Notes: generated by a model from the sequence alone, not told the origin. 64,000 nucleotides of DNA from an uncultured cyanobacterium (GCA_963706595.1 OY970166.1:3648001-3712000); one strand, 5' to 3'. Shown: positions 44,398 to 55,915, numbered from the stretch's first letter. Numbers and translations: made by a program.

Positions 44398-45567
44398 ATG
44401 AAAAATTCGATTAAGCTCCCCCAAAAATTAATGCTATTGGGTTCAGGTGAACTCGGCAAAGAATTTGTGATTGCTGCTCAACGTCTGGGTAATTATGTGA
44501 TTGCCGTTGACCGCTATGCTAATGCTCCAGCGATGCAGGTTGCTGATTGTTCTGAAGTGATTTCGATGCTGAGTGCTGATGAATTAGAAGCTGTTGTCCA
44601 AAAACATCAGCCTGATTTTATCATCCCAGAAATTGAAGCGATTAGAACAGAAAAGTTACTAGAATTTGAACAACGTGGGATTACAGTTATTCCCACGGCG
44701 GCTGCAACTAACTATACGATGAATCGTGATCGAATTAGGGAATTAGCATCTCAAGAATTAGGGATTAGAACTGCTAGATATGGTTATGCTTCTACTCTAG
44801 AAGAATTGCTTGCTGCTTCTGAGCAAATTGGTTTTCCCAATGTTGTTAAACCTGTAATGTCTTCTTCTGGTAAAGGTCAATCTGTTGTCCAGGTTAAGGG
44901 TGAAGTTGAGGAGGCTTGGAATTATGCGATCGCTAACTCTAGAGGTGATAGTCAAAAAGTAATTGTTGAGGAATTTATTCACTTTGAAATTGAGATAACT
45001 TTGCTGACCATTAAACAGTGGAATGCACCAACTATTTTCTGTTCTCCTATTGGTCATCGTCAAAAAAGAGGCGATTATCAAGAGTCTTGGCAACCAGCAG
45101 GTATTGCTGAAGATAAAATATTAGAAGCTCAAGCCATAGCAACAAAAGTTACTGATGCTTTGGGGGGAGCCGGAATATTTGGGGTAGAGTTTTTTATCAC
45201 TAAGGATGAAGTAATTTTTTCGGAACTTTCTCCCCGACCCCATGATACAGGAATGGTAACATTAATCTCGCAAAATTTGAATGAATTTGAATTACATTTA
45301 CGCGCTATTTTAGGTTTACCAATTCCGCATATAGAACAGTTAGGTGCTTCAGCTAGTGCAGTGATTTTAGCTGATAAAAAATCTGATAATGTGGCTTTTA
45401 CAGGTGTGGCTGAGGCTTTGTCTGTTCCGGATGTAGATATCAAACTATTTGGCAAACCTAGCGCTCATCTTTATCGACGGATGGGGGTGGCTTTGGCTAA
45501 GGGTGATCAGATTTCGGAGGCGCGGGAGAAGGCTAAACGGGCAGCTAATCAGGTGAAGATGATTTAA
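44398..45567 (+). CDS. purT: Formate-dependent phosphoribosylglycinamide formyltransferase
   Basis: LLGSGELGKE, KPVMSSSGKGQS, ELSPRPHDTG. Confidence 0.97.
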   Translation: MKNSIKLPQKLMLLGSGELGKEFVIAAQRLGNYVIAVDRYANAPAMQVADCSEVISMLSADELEAVVQKHQPDFIIPEIEAIRTEKLLEFEQRGITVIPTAAATNYTMNRDRIRELASQELGIRTARYGYASTLEELLAASEQIGFPNVVKPVMSSSGKGQSVVQVKGEVEEAWNYAIANSRGDSQKVIVEEFIHFEIEITLLTIKQWNAPTIFCSPIGHRQKRGDYQESWQPAGIAEDKILEAQAIATKVTDALGGAGIFGVEFFITKDEVIFSELSPRPHDTGMVTLISQNLNEFELHLRAILGLPIPHIEQLGASASAVILADKKSDNVAFTGVAEALSVPDVDIKLFGKPSAHLYRRMGVALAKGDQISEAREKAKRAANQVKMI

Positions 45568-45828
45568 TTTTTCAACGCAAAAGAACGCTGAGGAAATCGC
45601 CAAGGGGCGTGGAGGGTTTGGTTTTATGGTTAAAAGTTATGTGGCTTGGCTATGAGATTTACTCAGCTTATTAATTTTCTGGAAAATGTATGTTCCCAAT
45701 TGAGGTAATAATAAAGGGAACTTTTAACTGGAATTGGCAGGTCTTTTTTCTCAAGCCCTGATTAATTAATTGCTTCGATGTGCTGAAATCAGCTTTAAAC
45801 ATAGCCTAAATCACAGAATTTTTATCCC

Positions 45829-46947
45829 ATGCTTACAGCCAAATTTATTTTCCCATTAACAGCTATTCTCGCCTCTACTCTCATGTCCTGTGCATCTGTA
45901 ACAGAGTCTGAATTATCAAAACCTAACTCTGGTAATACTGAAACTTCTGCACAAAGGTTAAAACCTGATAGCCCATCGATTGTTTCTGTTTCTGATCAGA
46001 GTAACCCTAAGTCAGAAACTATTTTGAAGGAGGTGATTAGCCGTCAGAAAAGTTTACAGGTTTGCAATTTTAATTTTGATGCGGAGGCTGCACTGGAATT
46101 TTCGCAAGTCTATACTAATGACAAGGGTCAGCATTTAGTACAACTGCTTTGTTATATGGCTGCTTATCAAGGCGCATTCACTTTTCTACAAGTAGATACC
46201 TCCCAGCCGGAACTCAAAATTGAGCCTCTAGAATTAGAAATTGCGGGATTCCCTGATTTTGATCCCAAGACGAATATTCTGTCTAACGCTTATAAATTAA
46301 TTGGTGCAGGTACTTGTATCGAAGAAACTCAATACTATTGGAATGGTGACGGACTTAGGTTAATTAGTTCTCAGCTAATAGATCAAGTTCCTAATGGTTG
46401 TGAAGAATTAGGCGCGCGATCGCCTTCTGATCAACAGCTGATCACTACTAAGAGTGTTGGAGTGGCTAAACTTGGCATGACTTTAGGAGAACTTAAGCAA
46501 ATATTAGGCAAAGAAGCAACCTTTGAACCAACTCTTCTGGGGGTTGATTTAGGGGAAGGAATTAAAGTCAGTCAGGATGGAAACGTGCAGTATTCGCTGG
46601 GTTTCGCAGAGGGACAACAGCCCATCACAAATAACTCTAAAATTACCATGATCACGGTTGAAAATCCTAACTACAGAACAACTGCTGGGGTAGGGCCAGG
46701 AACACCTCTTAAAGAAGCCGTTGCAGCCTACGGACAAGCAACCTTAGCTTACAACTTGAATAATGAATCAAGAGAGTATATTAAATTTGCGCGGGGACTG
46801 GGTGCAGATGCAGGAGTATGGATAAGATCGAATCAGTGGACAGTTACAGATTTTGCTGGGATCTATCCTAATACTCAAGAATTCAACGAAACCCAAAAGT
46901 ACCATGATCATGCGGCTATTGCTTCAATTACCATTATTGACAGATAG
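45829..46947 (+). CDS. Lipoprotein, DUF1176-like N-terminal domain
   Basis: Lipobox LMSC; LCYMAAYQG motif. Confidence 0.7.
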   Translation: MLTAKFIFPLTAILASTLMSCASVTESELSKPNSGNTETSAQRLKPDSPSIVSVSDQSNPKSETILKEVISRQKSLQVCNFNFDAEAALEFSQVYTNDKGQHLVQLLCYMAAYQGAFTFLQVDTSQPELKIEPLELEIAGFPDFDPKTNILSNAYKLIGAGTCIEETQYYWNGDGLRLISSQLIDQVPNGCEELGARSPSDQQLITTKSVGVAKLGMTLGELKQILGKEATFEPTLLGVDLGEGIKVSQDGNVQYSLGFAEGQQPITNNSKITMITVENPNYRTTAGVGPGTPLKEAVAAYGQATLAYNLNNESREYIKFARGLGADAGVWIRSNQWTVTDFAGIYPNTQEFNETQKYHDHAAIASITIIDR

Positions 46948-46951
46948 AAAG

Positions 46952-48460
46952 TCACAACCCTAAATCTACAGCTATACGATGGGCGCAAGCAAAACCCGAA
47001 AATGCTACTGCGTTTAATCCCTGTCCCGGAAAGGTACTGTCCCCCACACAATAAAGTCCGGGAATGGCTGTGCGATTAAATGGCATACTTAATAATCCCT
47101 TTAACTTGCGCCGAGGAATTGGACCATAAGTACCATCTTCACGCCCTAAAAAGCGTTGATGTGTGCGGGGTGTCCCTACTTCTAAATAATCTAAGCCAGC
47201 ATCTAAACCCGGAAAAATCTGTTCTAGTCGGTCAATAATTTGCCAAGCTGCGGCTTCTTTCTGCGCTTCATACTGGCTGGGAGACAATCCTTGCCAATCA
47301 TCAATCCAGTGGGGTGTAAAGGCATGAATGATCTGATATCCCTCTGGTGCTAAATCTGGATCAAGCAATGTGGGAATGGAAACGAAAAGTGTGCCTGCTG
47401 CGGCTGTCATTTGCTGCCAATCTTCCAGAATTATATGATGGCATTCTGTCCCTTTAGGCAATACTGCTGCTGCTACTCCTATATGGAAACTCAGAAAGCT
47501 GGGTGACTTTTGATAGTTTTGTTGCCATTTACTTTCATTATCTGGCATTGTCTCTACAGGTAATAATTTTGTAAAAGTATCCCAACGTGTGGCATTAGAA
47601 ACTATGCGTTTACCAAAATAAACTTTACCATTAGCTAACTGCACACCGACGGCTTTTCCCTGTTCGATGATGATTTTGGTGACTCTGGCTTGGTACTCAA
47701 TCTTACCTCCAGCATTTTCTAAGCCTTCCACCAGTTTTTGGGCAATTTGTCCTACCCCGCCTTTAGGATAGTTAACTCCGCCATAGTGCCGATCAGAAAA
47801 GACCATCCCGGCATTAATCATCGGTGTCATGTCAGCGCTGACTACTGACCAGCAATAACATTCTATGTCAATAAATTTCAATAATTCCGGGTCTTTGATA
47901 TAGTGTCGGGCTACATCGCCGACATTTTGAGGGAGGTATTTGACTAAACCAAGACAGGCGAGAGGATGCTGCAAAAATGTCCGTAGCAAATACCGAGGTT
48001 CTTCTAGTGACAGCAAATCCATGCTGTTGAGGCAATTAAACACCTGCCAACACTCGTGATAAAAGCGACGAATACCTTTCTCTTCATGAGGAAAATAAGC
48101 AATAAGATTTTGCAAAAATTTATCATAAGCTCGCTCAACTTTTAAGTCTAATTGGTTGGGCAAGTGATAGTGAATCTGTACAGGATCAATAATTGTTTCT
48201 TGGCTGACGTTCACAGCGTCTAGAGCGCGGGTAAGTAAGTTGGTTGTACCTTTTTCGCCAAATCCAAAAATCATTGATGCTCCAACGTCAAATCGATAAC
48301 CCTGGCGTTCAAAATAGCCGGAACTACCTCCGGGAATTAAATAGCTTTCCAGTACCAGCACCTGAGCGCCTTTGGCTGTTAACTGGGTTGCTGTCACTAA
48401 ACCGCCAATTCCGGAGCCAATGACAATCACATCAAGTACAGGATTTAGGGATGGAGACAT
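46952..48460 (-). CDS. crtH: Carotenoid isomerase
   Basis: GSGIGG FAD motif, [27 protein letters not shown]. Confidence 0.93.
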   Translation of the reverse strand: MSPSLNPVLDVIVIGSGIGGLVTATQLTAKGAQVLVLESYLIPGGSSGYFERQGYRFDVGASMIFGFGEKGTTNLLTRALDAVNVSQETIIDPVQIHYHLPNQLDLKVERAYDKFLQNLIAYFPHEEKGIRRFYHECWQVFNCLNSMDLLSLEEPRYLLRTFLQHPLACLGLVKYLPQNVGDVARHYIKDPELLKFIDIECYCWSVVSADMTPMINAGMVFSDRHYGGVNYPKGGVGQIAQKLVEGLENAGGKIEYQARVTKIIIEQGKAVGVQLANGKVYFGKRIVSNATRWDTFTKLLPVETMPDNESKWQQNYQKSPSFLSFHIGVAAAVLPKGTECHHIILEDWQQMTAAAGTLFVSIPTLLDPDLAPEGYQIIHAFTPHWIDDWQGLSPSQYEAQKEAAAWQIIDRLEQIFPGLDAGLDYLEVGTPRTHQRFLGREDGTYGPIPRRKLKGLLSMPFNRTAIPGLYCVGDSTFPGQGLNAVAFSGFACAHRIAVDLGL

Positions 48461-48712
48461 AGGGGCAGATGCTCAATAAAATTCACTAATTTAGTATATT
48501 ATATAACTCTGTATTTGGAATAAATATACGTAATTTATGGTTTATTTTTCTAGCGGCATTGATATATATAGCAACCGACAAGGCAGTTAAGACATAAACG
48601 GAGAATCAAACTTAGACACCATCCGGGTTTTAACCCACTCCCTACTCCCCACTCCCTACTCCCTACTCCCCAGCTTAATTGTGATGTGACGATTCAGTTT
48701 TAGAGTGGGGAA

Positions 48713-48784
48713 ATAAAAAGAGGGACAAGCCTGCTGCTGCTGGCTAATCCCGTCTGCCGATCCTTAAAGAGAGGAGAACACTAA
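48713..48784 (-). ncRNA. isaR1: IsaR1-like iron-stress sRNA
   Basis: Minus strand AGTGTTCTCCTCTCTTTAAGGATCGGCAGACGGGATTAGCC...GGCTTGTCCCTCTTTTT; divergent from upp; own promoter and terminator. Confidence 0.8.
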
Positions 48785-48788
48785 TAGA

Positions 48789-48820
48789 AATATAACCTTG
48801 AATGAGAATATATGTCAACT
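48789..48820 (-). promoter_or_regulatory. sRNA promoter with an AT-rich Fur-like site
   Basis: TTGACA-N18-TATATT overlapping TTGACATATATTCTCATT. Confidence 0.6.
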
Positions 48821-48942
48821 AGTAATGCTAAATTTTTTCAATAATTTTCATGGTGATGATTTCATCTGTCGGCGGTAGGCAAAGAAGGAGTATTATGAGG
48901 TTTCAGTTCTGATCTAATCAATAAAGTTGCCCAATTCCGGCT

Positions 48943-49593
48943 ATGACACCACAACTGCGTGTTTATGTTCCACCCCATCCTCTGATCAAGCACTGGCTGG
49001 CAGTCGCCCGTGATGCTGGCACACCTTCAGTATTATTTCGTAGTGCGATCACTGAGTTGGGCAGATGGCTGACTTACGAAGCGGCCAGAGAGTGGCTACC
49101 AACTCTGGAAACAACGGTGCAGAGTCCTTTGGCTTCCTGTCCAGCGACTGTGATTAACCCAGAAGTACCTGTGGCGGTTGTACCGATTCTCCGGGCGGGG
49201 CTAGGGTTACTGGAAGGGGCGCAGTCTTTGTTGCCTTTGGCTTCAATTTACCATTTGGGCTTAGTCCGTAATGAAGAAACTCTGGAACCTTCTTGTTATT
49301 TGAATAAGTTACCCGAAAAATTTGACCCCCAAACCAGAGTTTTAATTACTGATCCGATGTTAGCAACGGGTGGGTCAATTATGTTTGCTATGGCAGAATT
49401 AATACAACGGGGTGTTGATCCAAGTTTGACACGTATCGTTTCTGTAGTGGCTGCACCGCCAGCTTTACAAAAACTCAATGCTGCATATCCTGGTTTAAAT
49501 GTTTACACGGCGACTATTGATGAAATAGTCAATGATCAAGGATATATTCTACCGGGTTTGGGCGATGCAGGCGATCGCATTTTTGGTACATAA
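48943..49593 (+). CDS. upp: Uracil phosphoribosyltransferase
   Basis: PILRAG, DPMLATGGS, PGLGDAGDR. Confidence 0.97.
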   Translation: MTPQLRVYVPPHPLIKHWLAVARDAGTPSVLFRSAITELGRWLTYEAAREWLPTLETTVQSPLASCPATVINPEVPVAVVPILRAGLGLLEGAQSLLPLASIYHLGLVRNEETLEPSCYLNKLPEKFDPQTRVLITDPMLATGGSIMFAMAELIQRGVDPSLTRIVSVVAAPPALQKLNAAYPGLNVYTATIDEIVNDQGYILPGLGDAGDRIFGT

Positions 49594-49668
49594 GCTAGTA
49601 TGCAGCTAGGGAAGGAAAATAGCTGAACTATATATAAAAGTTGCAAGATTTCTTCAAGGCGGTAATGT

Positions 49669-50019
49669 ATGAGTCAACGTGATGGTTTTGCTAGTGGTTT
49701 TTTAGCAGGGACGATTTTTGGTAGTATAGTTGGTGGTATTGTCGGGGCTGTGATTGTTTCTCGACAGAATGAGGAATTGACAGCAGAAGCAGCCGAACTT
49801 ACTAATGGCCAAACGGGGACGAAAAAAGTATCTCCAAAACGCCGACAGATGTTCGCTTCAGAAAATGACGCTATGGAAATTGAAACGGCCAGGCGATCGC
49901 TCGAAGATAAAATTGCCCAGCTTAATGCCACAATTGATGAAGTCAGACAGGAACTGGGAAATGTCAACGGCAGTTCCAGCCAGTCAGTGAATGACCGCTC
50001 CCTCACCCAAGATTCTTGA
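49669..50019 (+). CDS. Conserved hypothetical protein (N-terminal TM + coiled coil)
   Basis: GFLAGTIFGSIVGG; ARRSLEDKIAQLNATID. Confidence 0.8.
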   Translation: MSQRDGFASGFLAGTIFGSIVGGIVGAVIVSRQNEELTAEAAELTNGQTGTKKVSPKRRQMFASENDAMEIETARRSLEDKIAQLNATIDEVRQELGNVNGSSSQSVNDRSLTQDS

Positions 50020-50145
50020 GGTGATTTATATTGAGCCAAGGTGCTAATAGTAGTTAATGCGGCAAACCGCACACTTCGTGGCATGGACTCAACTAAAATC
50101 AATAATAAGACCGTTTTTGACACTTAGCAGGAAACCAACTTATCC

Positions 50146-50424
50146 ATGTATTTACTGTTTACAACTTTAGCTACCTTCGTTCAGTTCTACAGCTACTTGC
50201 TAATTGCGCGAGTTTTGTTAACTTGGTTCCCCACCATCAACTGGTATAATCAGCCATTTGCGGCTTTGGGGCAGATAACCAATCCTTACCTCAATCTTTT
50301 CCGCTCAATCATTCCCCCATTGGGTGGTATGGATTTGTCTCCTATTTTAGCCTTTCTAGCACTGAGTTTAATAGGTGGCTTACTGAGAAGCCTAACTGCT
50401 CTTTCTTTTGGACAGGCTTTTTAG
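50146..50424 (+). CDS. YggT/YlmG family membrane protein
   Basis: LLTWFP, PYLNLFRSIIPPLGGMDLSP. Confidence 0.92.
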   Translation: MYLLFTTLATFVQFYSYLLIARVLLTWFPTINWYNQPFAALGQITNPYLNLFRSIIPPLGGMDLSPILAFLALSLIGGLLRSLTALSFGQAF

Positions 50425-50494
50425 TTATTAGTTTAACTCAGTATAGGCTTTAGTAGAGACGTTTAAGTGAAAATCGTCTCTACATTGCTTTCTA

Positions 50495-50660
<166 letters not shown>

Positions 50661-50771
50661 AGTGGATTTCAAAGAAATGAGTGAGAAGTGGATTTCAAAG
50701 AAATTGCTAACCTGTAGAGACGTTTTATCCAACATCTCTACACTGTGGTCTAATTAACCCAAAAATTCTGT

Positions 50772-50824
50772 AATTACGAATTACGAATTACAAATTACGA
50801 ATTACGAATTACGAATTACGAATT
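50772..50824. repeat. STRR array (AATTACG)n
   Basis: About 7 tandem units. Confidence 0.9.
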
Positions 50825-51332
50825 ATTTCCGGACTTTGCCGCTAAAACCTGCTGCTTTAAACTGTTTCAACTGTAAAGGTTCCGGTTGGTTTGCAGCTAC
50901 AGTAATTCTTAATTCAAAATCACTCACGCCTGGCGGAATTTCGGCAATAGAACCCAGACGGGTGCGGTTTTGCATGACAGGGTTATTGTTGGCATCATAG
51001 ATGCGTCCAAAGATATCTGCGTCATAAACCGTTTTGTAAGTGCCATTTTCTGCCTTACCTGTCACCATAAAACAATTAGCGGCGGCGCTACCACTACTAA
51101 TTACAGATCCTTCTGCCAATTCTGGGGGACAGCCTTTATAGGCAACATCAAATAATTTTATCTGTGTCAGGGCTATTACCTCTGGAGTATACACCCAGGA
51201 CATAACTGTGAGCAAGCAGGAAATAAAGACGACAGTCACTAGTTTCGCATACTGAGTGATGATGCGGGAATATTTTTGCATAACTAAAGTTGGCGAATTT
51301 ACTAAAAATGCTATGTTGTAACGATTTTTCAT
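50823..51332 (-). CDS. Hypothetical exported protein
   Basis: Signal-like hydrophobic segment; VYDADIFGRIYDA motif; true start may be downstream. Confidence 0.7.
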   Translation of the reverse strand: MKNRYNIAFLVNSPTLVMQKYSRIITQYAKLVTVVFISCLLTVMSWVYTPEVIALTQIKLFDVAYKGCPPELAEGSVISSGSAAANCFMVTGKAENGTYKTVYDADIFGRIYDANNNPVMQNRTRLGSIAEIPPGVSDFELRITVAANQPEPLQLKQFKAAGFSGKVRK

Positions 51333-51423
51333 ATCTAACTGAATTTAATATCTGGGAGGTTGGAGACTTGATTAAAACTATTGTAATAATTATAAAAATA
51401 AACCCCTCAGTGGCGATCAACTT

Positions 51424-52035
51424 ATGACACCAGATGAGATTGAAACAGCCTTGCAAGCAGCCTTTAATAGTTGTAACGCAGCTAGCTGTCCTCTCACTGA
51501 TATGCAGAAGCAGATATTACTGCGAGTAATTGAGCAAATTCAGGAAGACTCTAACTCGAAGATATCAGATGTAGCCAACCCCTTAGATGAGCTTGACTCT
51601 GAGGAATTGTCAGCGTTTTTAAAGTTTGTCAAAACCAATGAACAACAGAACCGCACTTGGAAGGTGCAATTACTCAATGATTGGTTACATGATCACGATT
51701 CTGGGAATGTCCAATTTATTCGCGATCGCTATGGTTTACCGTGGCTCAATCGTGTAGAATCATATCATTTTGATAAGTATTCTTATATTGAGGATGCACT
51801 GAAGCTGAGAGTTGGCGATCGCATTGAAATCTCTAATGGATTATGGGAATGGGTACAAGAGGACGGCCCTTGTAAGCGTCAATGGTTTCTCTGTATCGTA
51901 CTACAAATTGATCAAGTTCATGATAGCGATGGTTTACCGACTAATTGTGTAGTTCGTTTATACAACGGTTCTGAGTACGAAATTTCAGGTATCTATCAAT
52001 GGAATCGCTATAATTGGCGATGGCCGCCAAAATAA
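51424..52035 (+). CDS. Conserved hypothetical protein
   Basis: 203 aa; LWEWVQEDGPC, WNRYNWRW. Confidence 0.75.
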   Translation: MTPDEIETALQAAFNSCNAASCPLTDMQKQILLRVIEQIQEDSNSKISDVANPLDELDSEELSAFLKFVKTNEQQNRTWKVQLLNDWLHDHDSGNVQFIRDRYGLPWLNRVESYHFDKYSYIEDALKLRVGDRIEISNGLWEWVQEDGPCKRQWFLCIVLQIDQVHDSDGLPTNCVVRLYNGSEYEISGIYQWNRYNWRWPPK

Positions 52036-52145
52036 GCGGAAAAGGTACAGGGTGCAGATATGACTGCAAAGATTTATCCAAAATTGCCTTTGGTAATGAT
52101 TCATGCTCGACAATTAAGGAGGTACAACCAAAAGTAACTCCGCAA

Positions 52146-55100
52146 ATGTCACAATCAGACCCAGGGATTCCAGGATTACAAGGGAACTTTGAGGAAATTC
52201 TCAATAGCGCGATCGCTACGGCTATTGTCAGTCTTCGCGTCTTCCCAAACTGCGATTGGGTGTGTGATTACCAGTCTCCTGGCTGTGAAGCTATTTTTGG
52301 CTATACTGCACAGGAAATTATGACTAATCAAAATTTGTGGATGTTGGGAATACATCCCGAAGATCGAGAAACGGTGATTATGCCACTATATGAAGATGTC
52401 TTTGCTGGGCGCACCACCAGCGTAGAATACCGATTTAATCATCAAGATGGTTCTCAGCGATGGATATCAGCTACCTATACCTCCCGCTACGTTGAAGATG
52501 CACAATGCTGGATTGTCACGGGGACTAATTTTGACATCAGCGAACGGAAACGGATAGAAGAATCACTCCGCCAAAGTGAAGCCAGATTTCAACACTTAGC
52601 AACTAACTTACCGGGAAATATTTACACTCTGGTTCAGTCTCCAGATGGTCGTATTTACTTTGAGTATATAAATTCCAACGTTGAAAAAATTCATGAAGTC
52701 ACCTCTGAGCAAGTCCTAGAGAATGCTATGCTCTGTATCGGTGCTATACATCCTGATGATCTTCCAGGCTATAACGACGCAGTTAGCCAAAGTTACCAGA
52801 ACTTAGAACCATTTACTCATGAATGGCGAATTATCACTCCTTCGGGAAAACTTAAATGGTTGCATGGTAATTCCATGCCAGAGCGGCGCAATAATGGGGA
52901 TGTAGCTTGGTATGGTTTAGTACAAGATGTGAGCGAACAGCAAGCTGCGCTACGCGATCGCCAGCGCATCGAATCAGCACTGCGACAAAGCGAAGAACGC
53001 TATCGGGCTATTTTCGATCTCACCTTTCAATTTGTGGGGCTACTGACACCTGATGGTATAATCTTAGAAGCCAATCAGACAGCGCTCAATTTTGCTGGAT
53101 TGCAACATTCGGATGTAGTGAATCGACCATTTTGGGAAGCCCGATGGTGGAAAATTTCTCTAGCAAGTCAGGAACAGTTAAAAACTGCGATCGCACAAGC
53201 TGCTGCGGGTGAATTCGTCCGTTATCAGGTCGATGTCTTGGGGGTGGGAGACAACATCGCCACCATTGACTTTTCCCTCAAACCGATTAAAGATGAAACA
53301 GGTCAAGTTGTGCAGTTAATTGCCGAAGGGCGGGACATTACCGAACTCAAACGTGCTGAATTAGAACTTATTCGTAGCCGAGATTTCAAAGAAGCTATCT
53401 TTAACAAATCTAGTGATGCTTTGTTTCTCGTGGATGTAGAAACATACTTAACCACTGACTGTAATGATCGCGCCGTAGAACTGTTTGAAGCTACAAACAA
53501 GGCTGAACTGATTGGGTTTGATGGACAAACTCTACAAAAAGAACCATTCACCCCTGAAGTTGTGGCCGCCATCGTCGAACAAATTAACGACAAAGGATTT
53601 TGGAGTCAAGAAATTGAATATTGTACCAAGCAAGGTAATTTCTTTTGGGGAAACTTAGCAGTTAAAGAAATTAAAGTTGCTGGTGAAATTATACATTTAG
53701 TCAGAGTGACAGATATTAGTGAACGCAAACAAGCAGAACTAGGATTACAAGAACGAGAAGCAATGTTGCGAGGAATAGGGGATAACCTGCACAATGGCTT
53801 GCTGTATCAGGCGATCCGCGAACTGGATGGTAGCTTTGGTTTTTCTTATCTGAGTGCTGGGGTAGAAAAACTGATCGAAGTCTCAGCCGCAGATGTAATC
53901 AAAGATCCCTGTTTGCTGTTTCGCCAATTTTTTCAACCTGACTGTCTCCACCTACACACAGCTATTGAGCAATCTTACTGTAATCTTTCTGTATTAGATA
54001 TCCATATACGAATTCACACCCCCAGTGGGAAGATGAAATGGTTGCATTTTCGTTCTCGCCCACGTCAGATGCATAATGGTCGGGTGGCTTGGGATGGATT
54101 GGCGATAGATATCACAAACCTGAAAAATTATCAAGATCGGCTGGAAGAATCACAGCACGTCGCTCGTCTTGGTAACTGGGAGTATGATTTGGCTACAAGC
54201 GAAATTAGCCATTCAAAAGAACTTTTTAAGGTTTACGGCCGAGATTCAGCACAAATCGAGCCGAACTATCAAGAACATTTAAAATTTTACCACCCCGAAG
54301 ATGCCGCCAAACTCAACCAAGCTGTAGAACGAGCGATCGCCACTGGTCAGTCCTACAAATTAACTCTGCGTTTGCTGGCACAGGATGACTCCTATCGCTA
54401 TGTTGAAGCCATTGGCAAAGTTGGATTCAATCACAAAGGGCAGGTAATTCGTCTTTATGGAACCCTGCAAGACATTACCGAACAGCAGATTGCACAGCGC
54501 GATCGCCAACTTGCAGAAGCCGCCTTAGCTAAAAGTGAAGAACAACTGCGACTGACTTTGGAATTTACCTATATCGGTACTTGGGACTGGAATATTCCCA
54601 CTAATGAAGTTACTTGGAACAAAAACCATTATCACTTATTAGGGTTAGAGCCACAAACAACACTAGAAACATATCAAACCTGGCGAGATGCTATTCATCC
54701 AGAAGATGTGGAACGAGTTGAACAGGCTATATTCAATGCACTGGCAGAACATACCAACTATGACGCAGAGTATCGTGTAATTCATCCCGATGGGACTATT
54801 CACTGGTTGTGCGATCGCGGGCGCGGGATTTATAACGAAGCTGGTGATCCCATCCGAATGCTTGGTATGCTCATGGATATCAGCGATCGCAAACGTGCTG
54901 AACAGATGTTAGAACTGCAAGCAGTCATTACTCGCAACATGGCAGAAGGCATTTGTTTAGTTAGAGCCACCGATGGAGTCATCGTTTATGCTAACCCTAA
55001 ATTTGAGCAGATGTTTGGTTATGAGTCTGGGGAATTAACATATCAGCACGTGTCAATTGTCAACTATGAAGATGAACATCATACGGCTGAAGATGTTAAT

Positions 55101-55913
55101 CAGGCAATTAGGGCTACCGTCATCCAAAATGGTGAGGCAACTTATCAAGTCCAAAATGTCAAGAAAGATGGTACACCGTTTTGGTGTCGTGCAACCACGT
55201 CGATTTTTGGACATCCTGAGTATGGCAAAGTTCTTGTTGCTATTCACCAAGACATCAACGAGCAAAAACAAGCCGATGAAAAAATTAAAGCATCTTTAAA
55301 AGAAAAAGAAGTATTACTTCAAGAGATTCACCATCGTGTTAAAAATAATCTAGGAATTGTCAACGGTCTACTGCAAATGCAGTGCAGACGTATACCAGAT
55401 TCTCAGGACAGGGTAATCTTAAGAGATAGTCAAAACCGAATTGCTTCCATTGCCTTAGTGCATGAAAAACTATATGGTTCTGAAGAACTTGCCGATATTG
55501 ATTTCGCTCAATATATTCCCGATTTAACAACTCATTTATTTGATTCCTATAATGTCAGTTCCAACCGGATTAAATTGAATATTCAAGTTGATCATGCTAG
55601 TTTGGATATCGAAACTGCAATTCCTTGTGGTTTGATTATTAATGAATTAGTGTCTAATTCTTTAAAATATGCTTTTCCTGGTGATCGTTCAGGGGAAATT
55701 TGGGTTAAGTTTTGTCGAGGATCTGAAAGAAATTTAATCCTGATTCTGGGCGATAATGGTGTGGGCTTACCAAATGATTTCCATCAAAAAAGGAAAGAAA
55801 CATTAGGAATTACTTTAGTTAAGGGGTTAGTTCAACAGATCGGGGGAATTCTTAATATTAAATCTCAGCAGGGAACAGAGTTTAAAATCACTTTTAGTAA
55901 CAACTGCACATAA
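52146..55913 (+). CDS. Multi-PAS sensor histidine kinase (HisKA_2 type)
   Basis: About 8 PAS/PAC repeats (IHPED, DISERK); EIHHRVKNNL; NELVSNSLKYAF; start uncertain (ORF open from 52014). Confidence 0.92.
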   Translation: MSQSDPGIPGLQGNFEEILNSAIATAIVSLRVFPNCDWVCDYQSPGCEAIFGYTAQEIMTNQNLWMLGIHPEDRETVIMPLYEDVFAGRTTSVEYRFNHQDGSQRWISATYTSRYVEDAQCWIVTGTNFDISERKRIEESLRQSEARFQHLATNLPGNIYTLVQSPDGRIYFEYINSNVEKIHEVTSEQVLENAMLCIGAIHPDDLPGYNDAVSQSYQNLEPFTHEWRIITPSGKLKWLHGNSMPERRNNGDVAWYGLVQDVSEQQAALRDRQRIESALRQSEERYRAIFDLTFQFVGLLTPDGIILEANQTALNFAGLQHSDVVNRPFWEARWWKISLASQEQLKTAIAQAAAGEFVRYQVDVLGVGDNIATIDFSLKPIKDETGQVVQLIAEGRDITELKRAELELIRSRDFKEAIFNKSSDALFLVDVETYLTTDCNDRAVELFEATNKAELIGFDGQTLQKEPFTPEVVAAIVEQINDKGFWSQEIEYCTKQGNFFWGNLAVKEIKVAGEIIHLVRVTDISERKQAELGLQEREAMLRGIGDNLHNGLLYQAIRELDGSFGFSYLSAGVEKLIEVSAADVIKDPCLLFRQFFQPDCLHLHTAIEQSYCNLSVLDIHIRIHTPSGKMKWLHFRSRPRQMHNGRVAWDGLAIDITNLKNYQDRLEESQHVARLGNWEYDLATSEISHSKELFKVYGRDSAQIEPNYQEHLKFYHPEDAAKLNQAVERAIATGQSYKLTLRLLAQDDSYRYVEAIGKVGFNHKGQVIRLYGTLQDITEQQIAQRDRQLAEAALAKSEEQLRLTLEFTYIGTWDWNIPTNEVTWNKNHYHLLGLEPQTTLETYQTWRDAIHPEDVERVEQAIFNALAEHTNYDAEYRVIHPDGTIHWLCDRGRGIYNEAGDPIRMLGMLMDISDRKRAEQMLELQAVITRNMAEGICLVRATDGVIVYANPKFEQMFGYESGELTYQHVSIVNYEDEHHTAEDVNQAIRATVIQNGEATYQVQNVKKDGTPFWCRATTSIFGHPEYGKVLVAIHQDINEQKQADEKIKASLKEKEVLLQEIHHRVKNNLGIVNGLLQMQCRRIPDSQDRVILRDSQNRIASIALVHEKLYGSEELADIDFAQYIPDLTTHLFDSYNVSSNRIKLNIQVDHASLDIETAIPCGLIINELVSNSLKYAFPGDRSGEIWVKFCRGSERNLILILGDNGVGLPNDFHQKRKETLGITLVKGLVQQIGGILNIKSQQGTEFKITFSNNCT

Positions 55914-55915
55914 CC

